Source: Vitreimonas sp.
Lineage (GTDB): Bacteria; Patescibacteriota; Microgenomatia; UBA1400; PJMF01
Direction: 5' to 3'
NCBI GenBank assembly: GCA_035627515.1
Contig: DASPLQ010000012.1
Location: 71,269-135,268 of the forward strand
Length of the DNA stretch: 64,000 bases
The notes beneath the pieces were generated by a model, which did no database searches, was not told the origin of the DNA, and saw only the letters and a list, made by a program, of their open reading frames with translations. Made by a program: the position numbers and the translations under genes. Of the stretch, positions 39,265 through 52,881 are shown one piece after another; position 1 is the first letter of the stretch; every line of letters begins with the position of its first letter.

Positions 39265-40329
39265 TTACTTCAATCTGGAACCACCCAGGCGATCAAACTC
39301 ATCAGGGCGGAAGGCATACTCGCGAGCTTTTTCGGCAGTGATCACCCCCCGTTGGACCAAGGTTAATAAGTAACTTTCAAATAAGGTCATACCGGCTTCA
39401 GATGAGGTTTGAATGACGTTATCAATTTGGAAGGTTTTGCCTTCCCGAATCAAGTTCCGGATAGCTGGCGTGCCCACCAAAATTTCTAAGGCTGCCACCC
39501 GGCCTCCAGAAGAAATTGGTAACAACCGCTGCGTGACGATAGCTTGGATCGAAGCGGCTAGCTGTTGGCGAATCTGAGCTTGCTGATGAGCGGGGAAGAC
39601 GTCAATGATACGGTCAATGGTTTGGGCCGCAGACGAAGTATGGAGCGTGCCAAACACTAAGTGACCTGTCTCCGCCACGGTCATGGCAGCAGCAATGGTT
39701 TCGAAGTCGCGCATTTCACCTACCAGCACCACGTCGGGGTCTTCCCGCAATGCTGAGCGCAAAGCAATATCCCAGCCATGCGTATCTTGATTGATTTCAC
39801 GCTGCGAAATAATACTTTTATTAGGGGTGTACACAAACTCGACTGGATCTTCAATCGTCAAGATATGCTCACTACGCGATTGATTGATGTACTCAATCAG
39901 GGCAGCCAAGGTCGTGGATTTACCTTCACCGGTGGGTCCAGTGACCAATACCAAACCTTGTTTAAACTTGGCAAACTCATACAAGATAGGAGGGAGCTGT
40001 AACTCTTCGATGGTTTTAATCCGAGTGGGAATCAACCGCAACGAGGCAGCTAGATTGCCGCGCTGATGATAAATGTTGACCCGGAACCGACCTTTATCTT
40101 TATATTGATACCCAAAGTCAATTTCTTTGTTGACGGTCACATAATCTTTTTGTTCAGGTGTCATCAGAGGAAAAATCAAGGTCTCGGCTTCTTTGGCACT
40201 CAGTGCCGGAGTACCTTCTACGGGCTTAAGCTCACCATGGACACGCAGCATGGGTTGCAAACCTGTAATGATGTGAATATCAGAACCTTCTTGTTCAATC
40301 ACCATTTGTAGAATGTCGTGTATGTTCAT
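39265..40329 (-). CDS. pilT: Pilus retraction ATPase PilT
   Basis: GPTGEGKSTT, EDPVE, LREDPDVVLVGEMRD and AIRNLIRE. Confidence 0.95.
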   Translation of the reverse strand: MNIHDILQMVIEQEGSDIHIITGLQPMLRVHGELKPVEGTPALSAKEAETLIFPLMTPEQKDYVTVNKEIDFGYQYKDKGRFRVNIYHQRGNLAASLRLIPTRIKTIEELQLPPILYEFAKFKQGLVLVTGPTGEGKSTTLAALIEYINQSRSEHILTIEDPVEFVYTPNKSIISQREINQDTHGWDIALRSALREDPDVVLVGEMRDFETIAAAMTVAETGHLVFGTLHTSSAAQTIDRIIDVFPAHQQAQIRQQLAASIQAIVTQRLLPISSGGRVAALEILVGTPAIRNLIREGKTFQIDNVIQTSSEAGMTLFESYLLTLVQRGVITAEKAREYAFRPDEFDRLGGSRLK

Positions 40330-40350
40330 ATGCGGTCTTCCTGACGGTAG

Positions 40351-42492
40351 TTATACCTGGGCCACGCGTAAAACTTCTTCAATTGTGGTCAACCCTTGCA
40401 AGGCTTTGAGATATCCATCTTGTTTCATTAATAACATCTTATCTTTTACCGCTGCTTTTTCCAACTCCGCAGCGCTTTTGTTTTCCATAATCAAACGACT
40501 AATTTCTTCATTCACTTTCATCACTTCATAAATACCCACCCGACCCCGATACTCAGGTTCAGTTTGTGGTCGATCACTTTTACATCTAAAAAGGGTGAAG
40601 TTGTTGGGATCTTTGTTGTTCTGTTTACACCACTGATCGAGACGATCACCTAATACTTGCTTGATGTCTTCCACCACCGCTTGTTCCGGTTTGTACTCTT
40701 CTTTGTAATCATTATTGATCGTCCGCACAATACGCTGGGCCATCGTCAGGGTAATAGATGACGCCAGCAAGAACGGCTCAGCGCCCATATCCACCAACCG
40801 AGGTAATGCTCCCGCCGCTGAGGAGGTGTGCAGGGTAGAGAAGACTAAGTGACCTGTCAGTGACGCTTGCACAGCTAGTTCTACAGTTTCACTATCCCGA
40901 ATTTCTCCCACCATGATCACGTTGGGATCTTGCCGCAAAAACGACCGCAAGCCCGAAGCAAATGTCAGTCCCGCCTGAGGATTAATCTGAACTTGGTTAA
41001 TACCAGCCATTTGATACTCTACCGGATCTTCCAAGGTCATGATATTGACCTTAGGCGTATTAATTTTGTGTAACACGGAGTAGAGAGTGGTGGTTTTACC
41101 GGAACCGGTAGGACCAGTCACGAGCACAATTCCGTGAGGCACCCGGATCGAATCTTCCAGTTTGCGCAAGGCAAGACCTTCCAAACCGAGATCATTGAGT
41201 GATGGCACCGTTGAGTTCTTTTTCAGCAACCGCATCACGATTTTTTCACCGTGAATAGTCGGCAACGTCGAGACCCGCAAATCCACTTCATCACTACCCG
41301 AAATAAAGGTAAACCGGCCGTCCTGAGGCACACGCTTTTCGTCAATTTTCAGATCTGACAAGATTTTCACGCGTGAAACAACGGCTTCGTGGACTGATTT
41401 GGGCAAAATTAATTTTTCAGTCAATAAACCGTCAATCCGGTACCGTACCCGTGTCCGGCTGGGCTGGGGTTCGATATGAATATCTGAAGCCCGCGCTTTC
41501 ATAGCGAAGGCCAGGATCGTTTCCACAATTTTAGTGATGGGCGCCTGACGCACCACTTCACCCGACAAAGCGGCTAGATTATCAAGTTGCTTTTTAGTTT
41601 CTTGGACTTGGTTAGTTTCTTTGAGTGCCTGGGTGACTTCACTCGACAAACTTTGGGCGTACCGCTCGGCAATCAACCGCTCTAGCTCAGACGGCATCGC
41701 ATAATGCACAATGAGGTTGTAGCCACTTTTTTGTTCAGCAAAATCAATCGCCAACAAATCCAAGGGATCCTTCATCGCCACTGATAAGGTCCGGTCTTGT
41801 TTACTGAGGGTGAAGGGGAACATGCCATAGCGACGCGCCACACCTTCGGGGAGTTGAGTCAAGGCCTCAGGCGAGACACCAATTTCTTCCAGTCGCACAA
41901 AAGGCACTTTATAGAAGGTCGATTTAGCTTTGGTCAATGCCTCTTCTGAAACCACATTTTTCTCTTCCAGAATTTTTTCGTACGGCACGCCAGTTTGGAT
42001 ATGCTCCAGCTCTACCTGATTAGCATCTTGCTCACTCAAATCGCCAGCAGTGCGCAAGATCTCTAAAATACTGCTGGCCGTGGTGGAAGCTGGCTCAACC
42101 ACCGCACTGGCTGGTGAAGTAACTGGAGTGGGAAGTGGAGCTGGTGGGGTAGCAGCAGGAATCGAAACCACTGGTGATTCGGGCAAAGGTCCTAAACTCG
42201 GAGCCGGCATAGCTTCAGGCAACTCGCCTGGAGAAGTAATCGAAGCTGCTGGAGGGATATTGATGGGGGTAGGCTCAGAACTAGGCACGGCTGCTAAACC
42301 CACCACTTCTGGAGAGGTGAAAGTGGGATTGATCAGCGGTGTGGGTTCTGCAGATTCAGAGGTAGCAGAAGAAACTACCGAGCTACCTGGTAAAGCATTG
42401 CCGGCTTCATCAAGCATTTGCACGACTGCGGTGTCAAGCGAGTCAGCCGCAGCCACATCGATGACTGGTAGATTTTGGGCAGGATCATTCAT
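40351..42492 (-). CDS. pilB: Pilus assembly ATPase PilB with Pro-rich N-terminal extension
   Basis: ASDIHIEP, GPTGSGKTT, LRQDPNVIMVGEIRD and TGHLVFSTLH. Confidence 0.94.
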   Translation of the reverse strand: MNDPAQNLPVIDVAAADSLDTAVVQMLDEAGNALPGSSVVSSATSESAEPTPLINPTFTSPEVVGLAAVPSSEPTPINIPPAASITSPGELPEAMPAPSLGPLPESPVVSIPAATPPAPLPTPVTSPASAVVEPASTTASSILEILRTAGDLSEQDANQVELEHIQTGVPYEKILEEKNVVSEEALTKAKSTFYKVPFVRLEEIGVSPEALTQLPEGVARRYGMFPFTLSKQDRTLSVAMKDPLDLLAIDFAEQKSGYNLIVHYAMPSELERLIAERYAQSLSSEVTQALKETNQVQETKKQLDNLAALSGEVVRQAPITKIVETILAFAMKARASDIHIEPQPSRTRVRYRIDGLLTEKLILPKSVHEAVVSRVKILSDLKIDEKRVPQDGRFTFISGSDEVDLRVSTLPTIHGEKIVMRLLKKNSTVPSLNDLGLEGLALRKLEDSIRVPHGIVLVTGPTGSGKTTTLYSVLHKINTPKVNIMTLEDPVEYQMAGINQVQINPQAGLTFASGLRSFLRQDPNVIMVGEIRDSETVELAVQASLTGHLVFSTLHTSSAAGALPRLVDMGAEPFLLASSITLTMAQRIVRTINNDYKEEYKPEQAVVEDIKQVLGDRLDQWCKQNNKDPNNFTLFRCKSDRPQTEPEYRGRVGIYEVMKVNEEISRLIMENKSAAELEKAAVKDKMLLMKQDGYLKALQGLTTIEEVLRVAQV

Positions 42493-42528
42493 GAGTCACC
42501 TACTATAATACTGTAGATCAACCCTATC

Positions 42529-43227
42529 ATGCCACGGTCATTTTTTACGCCCTATTTATTAATTTCTACTGTCTCACAGCCACCTCGTGAGTTAGTGCAG
42601 CAGTTCTTGAGCCAGCACCCCGAGCTGCCGCAGCTATCACTGACCCATCCCAATGTGATGGTCATTAATGAAGAGAGCGAAGGCCTCAAAATTGAAACTC
42701 TCCGTAACCTCCTATCAGAGTTGGCACTAATGCCGCCGGTGCCTGGCTCCCGGCTGGTGGTAATTGCCGGGTTCGAGACCGCTCAACCAGTTGCTCAACA
42801 AGTCTTGCTGAAAACGTTGGAAGAACCACCCTCAGATACACTGATACTTTTGATTACCCAAACACTAGAAGCCATTTTGCCAACCATCCAATCCCGGTGC
42901 CGCAGCGAGCGGGTGGGGGACACGACTGCCGGAAATCAGCGCGATGCCGCCAGTGCTCAATCCACCGCTATCCAGCCCTTGTTGGAGTTACTCAAAACGG
43001 GAAATTACAGCGACCTGATTAAGACTGTCGAAAAAATTTCTGAACGCGAAGAAGCAGTCAATCTTGTATCTGAGTTAGTTCGGCAGTATCAGACTCAGCT
43101 TACTCAGCGTGGTACTCCAGAAGTGATGAAAGTGCTTCTTACCGCCAGCGATCATCTCAAAACCAATGCCAATGTGAAGCTGATACTAGAGAACGCGTTG
43201 TTCAGAATTAGGAAGGTCTCTGGGTAG
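42529..43227 (+). CDS. holB: DNA polymerase III delta-prime-like subunit
   Basis: AQQVLLKTLEEPP and ILPTIQSRC. Confidence 0.8.
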   Translation: MPRSFFTPYLLISTVSQPPRELVQQFLSQHPELPQLSLTHPNVMVINEESEGLKIETLRNLLSELALMPPVPGSRLVVIAGFETAQPVAQQVLLKTLEEPPSDTLILLITQTLEAILPTIQSRCRSERVGDTTAGNQRDAASAQSTAIQPLLELLKTGNYSDLIKTVEKISEREEAVNLVSELVRQYQTQLTQRGTPEVMKVLLTASDHLKTNANVKLILENALFRIRKVSG

Positions 43228-43238
43228 GCTGATGGTGG

Positions 43239-43642
43239 CTGTACCATTTTTGTTAATAATCGCACAATGAAAAAAGAGTAGCTCAACGTAACTCACTATC
43301 CATGTGCAAAAGCTCGCCTGGATGATGTAAAAATGTACGTTTTGACTGTAATGACGTGTGCCCAGGGGAACTTCTGTAGTGATGGTGATTAAGTGAGCTT
43401 GTCATCGCCTTTAAGAAAATAATAAAAAGGTGTCAAAGAGGTGCCTACATTTTACCTTTCAGCTCACCTTCGGTACCTGTCCTCCAGACATCATTTTCAC
43501 AGTGACATATTTAGTGCACGATCGTGCACTATTTATGCCACCAGCTTTTCAGACTGCCCAACCACATACCTTCACCAACCTCCAGGTCAAAAAACTATAT
43601 GCCGCAAAAAACTAAAACACCTTACAAAGAAATAAACCACAC
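43239..43642 (+). repeat. Modular intergenic repeat copy (A, C, D, B, E)
   Basis: TGTACGTTTTGACTGTAATGACGTGTG identical to the 47.2-kb copy; D-B shared with the 37.9-kb copy. Confidence 0.82.
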
Positions 43643-43753
43643 TACAACTCAATTAAAAACAGCCCGCTCACCTCACCTCTATCATCAACCCACCCGTATA
43701 CCGGCTTTGACCAACGGTGAAAATGTGGTATAACGATCATCTGAAGTAATTAA

Positions 43754-45877
<2,124 letters not shown>

Positions 45878-45936
45878 GAATATTTTTCCTTTCAACGAAG
45901 GTTTAATAGAATCAAGTAGCTGCTCTAAAGGATCTT

Positions 45937-46281
45937 ATGGAAAGACCAAAAAATATTGCTGATGCCCTTGAAGTTATTATCAATAACCCTGAACATTCGC
46001 TTATATTTTTAGGATTATTAGACTTAAGATCACGTGATGAGTTAGAAACAAAAGAAATTTCTCAAGCTGAATTACAAGGCGCAATCGCTCAAGCTTTTAT
46101 CGCAGCCGTAAAAATCCCTCACCCTGACTCACAAAAAGTGCAATTCTTGATCGAAACCGTTCAACATTTCTTGGCACCTTCAAGGTTAGATGGTATGTCA
46201 ATGCTTTCTGATGAGCAGTTCGAAGAAGTTAAAGCCGGCAAAATTCCTGAACAGGGCAAACGGTTCTCTTCAGGTCGCTAA
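45937..46281 (+). CDS. Hypothetical protein
   Basis: AAGGA RBS; 114-aa ORF. Confidence 0.6.
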   Translation: MERPKNIADALEVIINNPEHSLIFLGLLDLRSRDELETKEISQAELQGAIAQAFIAAVKIPHPDSQKVQFLIETVQHFLAPSRLDGMSMLSDEQFEEVKAGKIPEQGKRFSSGR

Positions 46282-46316
46282 TCTCAGACAAAAAATAACT
46301 ATAGTATAATTCAGCC

Positions 46317-46580
46317 ATGAGTAACTCTTTAGATTCAGAAAGCAGAGCTTCACAAGTGCGGTTCCTTAAAACACTGTGGACTGAGAAAAGCTTTGAACAT
46401 TTTAAGGCATTAATGATAAACATGATTCCTACCATAAATGCTGAGAATATTCCTGATACAGATAGTTTTATCTCAGCTTTAGATGAGCTCTATCAGCAAG
46501 ATGAAAACTCACCACAAGGAGCAGTTAGTAAGGCCTTCTTACAGTTGCTAGGTGTTATTCCACTGAACAATGAGGAGTAA
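46317..46580 (+). CDS. Hypothetical protein
   Basis: TATAAT 6 nt before the ATG; 87-aa ORF. Confidence 0.6.
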   Translation: MSNSLDSESRASQVRFLKTLWTEKSFEHFKALMINMIPTINAENIPDTDSFISALDELYQQDENSPQGAVSKAFLQLLGVIPLNNEE

Positions 46581-46599
46581 TAATAAATAAAGGAGACGT

Positions 46600-47094
46600 A
46601 TGTCCGATATCATTCACGTTTTAGTTGAAATCCCTGCTGGCTCAAACGTTAAGTATGAGCAAGATGAAGAAACCGGCCGCATCTACGTGGACCGTTTCGT
46701 GCCGACCCCGATGATGTATCCTGAAAATTATGGTTCTATCGAAGGTGCCAAAGGCAAGGATGGCGACTTACTCGATGCCTTACTCCTTACCAGTCAACCT
46801 GTCATGCCAGGGATGTGGATGAAAGCTCGCGTGATTGGGATGTTAGAGATGGAAGATGAAGAGGGTATTGATCATAAATTAGTGTGTGTCCCCGCTAAAG
46901 CCAAACAAGACATCATCTGCGGTGCTTGGGAAGAGCTCTCCGATGTCCCTCAATACCGCTTAGATAAACTCAAGCACTTTTTCGAACACTACAAAGATCT
47001 CGAAAAAGACAAATGGGTTAAGATCAATAAATTTGTGGGTAGAGAAGAGGCCTTAAAAGAATTGGCTGAAGCTCAAAGTAAGATGGGTGCATAA
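46600..47094 (+). CDS. ppa: Inorganic pyrophosphatase (family I)
   Basis: VEIP..S.VKYE, YPENYG, DGDLLD and FFEHYKDLE. Confidence 0.94.
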   Translation: MSDIIHVLVEIPAGSNVKYEQDEETGRIYVDRFVPTPMMYPENYGSIEGAKGKDGDLLDALLLTSQPVMPGMWMKARVIGMLEMEDEEGIDHKLVCVPAKAKQDIICGAWEELSDVPQYRLDKLKHFFEHYKDLEKDKWVKINKFVGREEALKELAEAQSKMGA

Positions 47095-47122
47095 GATTAT
47101 CGGCATTATCACTTAATCAAGT

Positions 47123-47152
47123 AAAGGGCTCGTTCAAAACGGGCCCTTTTTG
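47123..47152 (+). terminator. Intrinsic terminator
   Basis: AAAGGGCTCGTT-CAA-AACGGGCCCTTTTT. Confidence 0.8.
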
Positions 47153-47194
47153 CTTGTTTGGTTATGCAGTTTTAATAATGGTTTTTACTGAATT

Positions 47195-47420
47195 TAGCCT
47201 GGAGAGTGTGCGAAATGTACAGACTGTACGTTTTGACTGTAATGACGTGTGTCCAGGCGAACTTTTGAAGAGAGTGTGAGAGCTGTGAGTGAAAGCCTTT
47301 AAGAATGTTGATTAATGGGCGGGAAAAAAGGGTCTTATCTTTTTTGTTTGACAGTGTGTGCTCAAAAAGTGAACTTTATGGAGGTTGTGCGGTTTTTGTT
47401 AATAATCGCACAATGAATAA
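47195..47420 (+). repeat. Modular intergenic repeat copy (C then A)
   Basis: CTCAAAAAGTGAA..GTTGTGCGGTTTTTGTTAATA shared with 20974-21030. Confidence 0.8.
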
Positions 47421-47477
47421 GAAACAAGGTTTTTAGTTTAACTCTCTGCACTCGACATGATTGGGAAGAAAAAAGCC

Positions 47478-48029
47478 TTAACGCGGCGCGGAACGTTGAT
47501 CAAGTTCTTTCCTTAACAAAGCAATCAGCTGAATAAGCGCTTCTTCAGTATGCTGATCAATATAGCTTGCGACCTCAGCACTGTGATCACTTATCAGATC
47601 TAGCAAACCTTCTTGATACTTTTCCTCACTCAACGGCTTAATAGCCACCCGCTCTGGCTCGTCAGCTTGCAAAAAAGATTTGTACATTAGATCTCTTGAA
47701 TAGAACCCCCGCACAAACATTTCACTTAACATCTTCTGATATGTCAAAAAATCTTCCCACCGTTTTTTGCCTTTGGCTTCAAGTTCTCTATACCCCTGAT
47801 CATAATGTGAGAGATACCACTGAACAGCATCTTGCCACCGGACTAAGGATAATAAGTCTGCCCACCACTTGTCATCAGAAGTGGCTAGCGCTTCAGTAGC
47901 TTCATCGTCTGGAGGAAGAACCACAGTTTCAGTTAAAGAAACTCGCAACTGTTGTTGCAGGCGACTACGAACAATGTTGTATGCTTCAATGTATTTGGTA
48001 AGTTCGAGTTGTTCAGGTTTTATCGACAT
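47478..48029 (-). CDS. Hypothetical protein
   Basis: 183-aa ORF with TATGAT upstream. Confidence 0.65.
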   Translation of the reverse strand: MSIKPEQLELTKYIEAYNIVRSRLQQQLRVSLTETVVLPPDDEATEALATSDDKWWADLLSLVRWQDAVQWYLSHYDQGYRELEAKGKKRWEDFLTYQKMLSEMFVRGFYSRDLMYKSFLQADEPERVAIKPLSEEKYQEGLLDLISDHSAEVASYIDQHTEEALIQLIALLRKELDQRSAPR

Positions 48030-48322
48030 ATGACAACTATATCATACTCATTTGCTACTCATAAAATGGTTTTCCCCGGTTGATGGTATTATAAAATTGC
48101 GTCTGTGCAACCCGACCATCAACCTGAGTATGGCCATGGGAGTAAAAGCAACTTGTTTGAAAAAGAGTAGGCCCACTCTAAAATCTAGCCCTTCAAAACC
48201 CTCATTTTCACCTTGTCCCTCTGCTCTCGACATGATATGGTGTGAGAGCGTAATTTTAAAAAAACAGTAATTTTAATTTTCGAGCCGTTAAAAGCCGCAA
48301 AATCGTCTCAAAGGAAACCACT

Positions 48323-51286
48323 ATGGCAGATGACCACAAAGAAAACGATATTGAAGTCACTACTGAAGACCTCGATGAAACGCCCGAAACTGAGACTGAA
48401 GAAGCAGAAACTCCAGAGGTAGAGGAGAGCGAATCAGAAGAAACCAGTGAAGAAAGTGAAGCCAGCAGTGAAGAGGGCGTCCCCGGCCAAACTCAACCAC
48501 CCGGCGAGTCAGATGAAGCTCAGAAGGCTGCCCTGATCGGTACCATCGAAGACTCTAAATTCGGCAAAATTAAGTACATTTCCATCGTCAATGAAATGGA
48601 GAAGTCGTACCTCGATTACGCCATGAGTGTGATCGTGTCACGGGCACTGCCTGATGTGCGTGACGGTCTCAAACCCGTCCACCGCCGGATCCTATATTCC
48701 ATGTACCGTGCCGGTATTCACCATACCAGTAGTTACAAGAAATCCGCTCGTATTGTCGGTGACGTGCTCGGTCGCTATCACCCTCACGGTGACTCACCCG
48801 TGTATATGGCATTGGTCCGCTTGGCCCAAGATTTCAGCATGCGCTACCAACTCATCGACGGCCAAGGTAACTTTGGTTCCATCGACGGTGACAGTCCTGC
48901 CGCTATGCGGTACACCGAAGCCCGGCTAGCTAAAATTTCCCAAGAACTTTTGATTGACCTCAACAAAAATACCGTTCCTATGGTGGACAACTTCGACGGC
49001 TCGCTCCAAGAGCCCACTGTCCTCCCAGGCCGGTTGCCCAACCTCCTCCTGATGGGCTCCGAAGGTATCGCGGTCGGTATGGCCACCAAAATCCCACCTC
49101 ATAACTTGACCGAAGTGTGTAAGGCTATTATTGCGACCATCAAAGCGGGCAAAGCTACCAAAGCCGATCCCATCGCCTTAGCCAACAAAGAACCCGGCCC
49201 CACCAACAGCAACGACCTCCCAAACACCCCCGAGAACCCAACTAAAGAAAAAGTTGGCAAGGCTCAGCCCAGCGCGGTTGCTGATGAATCACTCACTTCC
49301 CAAATCGATGCCGTCCTCGCTACCGATGCGCGTATCATTGCCGGGGAGTTTACGACCGAGATCAGCTTCGATGAGATCATGACCCACGTCAAAGGTCCTG
49401 ACTTTCCTACTGGGGGTATCATTTACGACTTCAAGGCTATTCAAGAAGGGTACCAAACCGGCAAAGGCAAAATTGTCGTCCGTGGTAAAGCGAGCATCGA
49501 AGAAGGTAAAAAAGGCTTCCAAATCATCGTCACTGAACTGCCATACCAAGTCAACAAAGCTCGGCTGATCATGAAGATCGCCGACCTCGTCCGTGACAAG
49601 AAAATCATGGGCATTCGCGATCTTAACGACGACTCCGACCGCAAAGGGATGCAGATCACCATCGACCTTAAACGTGACGCCATGCCCAAAGTGGTCCTCA
49701 ATAAGTTGTTCAAGTTTACCGAACTGCAAACCAGTTTTGCTCTCAACATGGTGGCCCTTAACAGTGATGGCACACCGCAGTTGATGAACATCAAGCAAGT
49801 CTTACGCGAGTACATTAGCCACCGCCAGCTGGTGATTGTCCGCCGCAGTCAATATGAACTGGCCGAAGCTCGAGACCGTGCCCACATCTTGGAAGGTCTA
49901 TTAATCGCCCTCAACAACCTCGATGATGTCATCGAAACTATCCGCCGCTCAGCTGATACTGATACTGCTCGGCAAGCTTTAATAACTAAGTTTGGCCTCT
50001 CCGAAGTTCAAGCCACCGCTATCCTCGATATGCAACTCAAGCGCCTCGCTGCTCTGGAGCGCCAAAAAATCGAAGACGAGTACAAAACCATCAAAGAAGC
50101 CATTACTAAATTACTGACCTTGCTCGGTAACCCTGATTCCATCTTGGCTGTGATTGCCGCCGAAACCGAAGAGCTGATCGCACTCTACGGCGATGACCGC
50201 AAAACCAAGCTCATCAAAGGGAAAGTCGGTGAGTTTTCTGAAGAAGATCTCGTCCCCAATGAAGCAGCAGTCATCACGCTGACTGAAACTGGTTACATCA
50301 AACGCCTCAGTCCCACCGCCTTCCGCTCACAATCTCGAGGTGGAAAGGGGAGTAGTGGTGTCAAGATGAAGGAAGAAGACACCGTCCGGTCACTCCTCAC
50401 CGCCAATACTCACGATACGTTATTGTTGTTTACCAACCTTGGTCGCGTCTTTAAGTTACGCGCTTTTGATTTACCAGACACCAGTCGTCAAGCCAAAGGT
50501 ACCGCTGTGGTCAATTTAGTTAACCTCAAAGGGGATGAATCAGTCCAAGCCATGCTTGTCCTCGACGAAGAAGCTGACAAAGATAAGTACATCACTCTTG
50601 CCACTCGCGACGGCTTAGTCAAAAAGACCGCGGTTAAACTGTATGAAAACATCCGCCAGAACGGTATCGTCGCCATTACGCTTAATGACGGCGACCAACT
50701 TGTCTGGGGCAAACTGACTAGTGGCAGTGATCACGTGATGTTAATTACCTACCAGGGTAAATCAATTCGTTTCACCGAAGAGGAAGTCAAAGCTTCCAAC
50801 CGCGACACCAAAGGCGTCAAAGGCATCACACTTGGAAAAGATGATTATGTGGTCGGCGTCGAAGCCTTCGACCCCGCCGATGAAGCCATCGTCGACAAAA
50901 AAGCCAGCACCTTCAAACAAATGTTAGTCGTCACCGAGAATGGCCTTGGCAAACGGACCGAGCTCACCGAGTACCCACTCCAGAAGCGCTCCGGCATGGG
51001 AGTCAAGGTAGCCGAGATCACCACCCGCACCGGCAAAGTCGCCAGCGCCCGGATGGTCACCCATGAGCATGAGGAAGTCGTCATCACTACCACCGATGGC
51101 CAAACGATTAAGCTCCCAATTACGAAGGGCTCTATCCCAGTTCTCACTAGACCTACTCAAGGTGTGATCTTGATGCGCATGAAGGCGGGAAGTAAAGTGG
51201 CAGCCGTGGCTTTGACCTACAAGGAAGACCCGACGCAACCCATCAACGCTGAAGCTGCCGCCAATGAAGCCGAGGCAGCTGCTTAA
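48323..51286 (+). CDS. gyrA: DNA gyrase subunit A
   Basis: [29 protein letters not shown] and GyrA box QSRGGKG. Confidence 0.96.
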   Translation: MADDHKENDIEVTTEDLDETPETETEEAETPEVEESESEETSEESEASSEEGVPGQTQPPGESDEAQKAALIGTIEDSKFGKIKYISIVNEMEKSYLDYAMSVIVSRALPDVRDGLKPVHRRILYSMYRAGIHHTSSYKKSARIVGDVLGRYHPHGDSPVYMALVRLAQDFSMRYQLIDGQGNFGSIDGDSPAAMRYTEARLAKISQELLIDLNKNTVPMVDNFDGSLQEPTVLPGRLPNLLLMGSEGIAVGMATKIPPHNLTEVCKAIIATIKAGKATKADPIALANKEPGPTNSNDLPNTPENPTKEKVGKAQPSAVADESLTSQIDAVLATDARIIAGEFTTEISFDEIMTHVKGPDFPTGGIIYDFKAIQEGYQTGKGKIVVRGKASIEEGKKGFQIIVTELPYQVNKARLIMKIADLVRDKKIMGIRDLNDDSDRKGMQITIDLKRDAMPKVVLNKLFKFTELQTSFALNMVALNSDGTPQLMNIKQVLREYISHRQLVIVRRSQYELAEARDRAHILEGLLIALNNLDDVIETIRRSADTDTARQALITKFGLSEVQATAILDMQLKRLAALERQKIEDEYKTIKEAITKLLTLLGNPDSILAVIAAETEELIALYGDDRKTKLIKGKVGEFSEEDLVPNEAAVITLTETGYIKRLSPTAFRSQSRGGKGSSGVKMKEEDTVRSLLTANTHDTLLLFTNLGRVFKLRAFDLPDTSRQAKGTAVVNLVNLKGDESVQAMLVLDEEADKDKYITLATRDGLVKKTAVKLYENIRQNGIVAITLNDGDQLVWGKLTSGSDHVMLITYQGKSIRFTEEEVKASNRDTKGVKGITLGKDDYVVGVEAFDPADEAIVDKKASTFKQMLVVTENGLGKRTELTEYPLQKRSGMGVKVAEITTRTGKVASARMVTHEHEEVVITTTDGQTIKLPITKGSIPVLTRPTQGVILMRMKAGSKVAAVALTYKEDPTQPINAEAAANEAEAAA

Positions 51287-51305
51287 AAAGCAGCACCTGT
51301 GGTAG

Positions 51306-52577
51306 TTACAAGCGCGAACCGTACGTAGCGTATGACGTTTCCTGGCGGGGAGGGCCTTGTTGGCCTTCGCCGGCTGTCGGTTGAGAACCATCTTGACGCT
51401 GTTCACCATACTGCGCCTCATCACCTTCTCGACCTTCTTTGATAGCCCAGTCAATATTGAGGCCTTTTAAGATTTCCCGAGCTCGTTCCCAGTTACTATT
51501 GTCGCGGTTCCGTTGCAACTCACTAAATCGTCCCTCTAGTTTAGTAAAAAACTCATCACCTTCTTGATTGGGCTGATTCTGCATGGCTTCATAGTCTTGA
51601 AACAATTCTTGCGTGACTTCTTGGCTGATGTCCTTGGTGTCCAAGTAAACACTCAGCTCAGTCAGCAGCTCCAGGCATCGTTGTAATCGTTCTGGATCAG
51701 AGTTGCCACCTTCCGGCGAGCGGCGCGCTCCCAACATAAAGCCAATTTCGCGAATTGACTGCAAAATCTCTCGATAATGTGGGTCTTTGGAGTCGTAGTT
51801 ATTATCTTGCATCCATTTGCGACGTTGTTGGTAAAAACCACGACCAATCACCCGGCCTTGTTGCCGTCGCTCGGCCAACTGGCTGTATTTCTTTATCATC
51901 TCGGCTAAATGATCATTAACTCGAAAGTTACCCAGGTCGAAAGGTTGACTGGCTCGCTTTTCTCTCGCAAATTCTTGGGTATACCCAAATTGCATGCGAT
52001 GAGTCCGCCGCACCTCTTGTTCATAATCTGCAGCATCCTGGGCAGCTTGCCAATCCCTAGAGTTGGCTCCCGCTCCCGAACCTTCTCGCCGCGAACCACC
52101 TTTAGTATCGGCTCCTTCGCGTTGGGCTTGCGCCCTTTGGTAACTTATCTCTTCTGCTCGCCGAAGGTCTTCTTCGGCTTGCTCTTGAGTTTGCCTTATT
52201 TTCTCATGATTTTCGCGCCATTCTTGGCGGGCTGCATCACGGCGGGCTTGTTCTCGCTGGGCTTCAGCCGCTTCGCGTTGCCGGTCTTGTTCGCGACGCT
52301 CTTCTCGGCGCCTATCTTCACCCTCGCGTGCGAGGTGCTCAGCACGTCGATCATCATAATACTGCCTAGCTGCGGGAGTTTTTAAGATGTGGTAGGCATT
52401 ATTCAGTTCCTGAAACTCTTCTTTCTTGCCTCCCAAATCAGTGTGCAGTTCTTTTGCCTTGTCACGAAATGCCTTTTTGAGCGTGGCTTCGTCATTAGTG
52501 CCAGGATCCACACCCAACATTTGATAATAATCCTTTTCGGGCTTTACATCAGAAGGGGAGACTCTATTTCCTACCAT
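51306..52577 (-). CDS. J-domain (DnaJ N-terminal) protein with long charged helical C-terminus
   Basis: DYYQMLGV...KKAFR..AKELHTD..G..EEFQELNNAY (HPD changed to HTD). Confidence 0.75.
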   Translation of the reverse strand: MVGNRVSPSDVKPEKDYYQMLGVDPGTNDEATLKKAFRDKAKELHTDLGGKKEEFQELNNAYHILKTPAARQYYDDRRAEHLAREGEDRRREERREQDRQREAAEAQREQARRDAARQEWRENHEKIRQTQEQAEEDLRRAEEISYQRAQAQREGADTKGGSRREGSGAGANSRDWQAAQDAADYEQEVRRTHRMQFGYTQEFAREKRASQPFDLGNFRVNDHLAEMIKKYSQLAERRQQGRVIGRGFYQQRRKWMQDNNYDSKDPHYREILQSIREIGFMLGARRSPEGGNSDPERLQRCLELLTELSVYLDTKDISQEVTQELFQDYEAMQNQPNQEGDEFFTKLEGRFSELQRNRDNSNWERAREILKGLNIDWAIKEGREGDEAQYGEQRQDGSQPTAGEGQQGPPRQETSYATYGSRL

Positions 52578-52653
52578 TCCTTCATCATAAAGAAGTGATA
52601 CATAAATGAAAAGAGGGGACAGACTACGCCAATCATGGCAGGGGAAATTTAAA

Positions 52654-52680
52654 TTAGCAGACACATAAATAGACTGCTAA
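52654..52680. promoter_or_regulatory. CIRCE-like inverted repeat
   Basis: TTAGCAGAC-N9-GACTGCTAA upstream of the J-domain gene. Confidence 0.55.
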
Positions 52681-52830
52681 TTTTAGGTGGTGAAAAAATC
52701 GCTTGATGAATCAACTTAATTTATCTATCAAATAGCATCAATGTGTATTTTAATGTAACAAATATGGTCAAAGACTCGTCTGATGAAGATAGAGGAAACA
52801 GGTAACAAAAGGGAGCTAAAAAAGGGAAGT

Positions 52831-52881
52831 GTGGACCCAAGCTGAGCTTGGTGTCACCTCAGCTAAGCTGGTGGACCCAAG
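52831..52881. repeat. Direct duplication of the tRNA-Ala 3' end (att-like scar)
   Basis: GTGGACCCAAG at 52831 and 52871. Confidence 0.6.

Noticed and set aside
43430-43733. Short ORFs upstream of gyrB
   Set aside because: They overlap the non-coding repeat modules and the gyrB promoter in three frames.
48654-51454. Long antisense and alternative-frame ORFs in gyrA (and likewise in the pil and pbp genes)
   Set aside because: Shadow ORFs expected from GC-rich codon bias of real genes.
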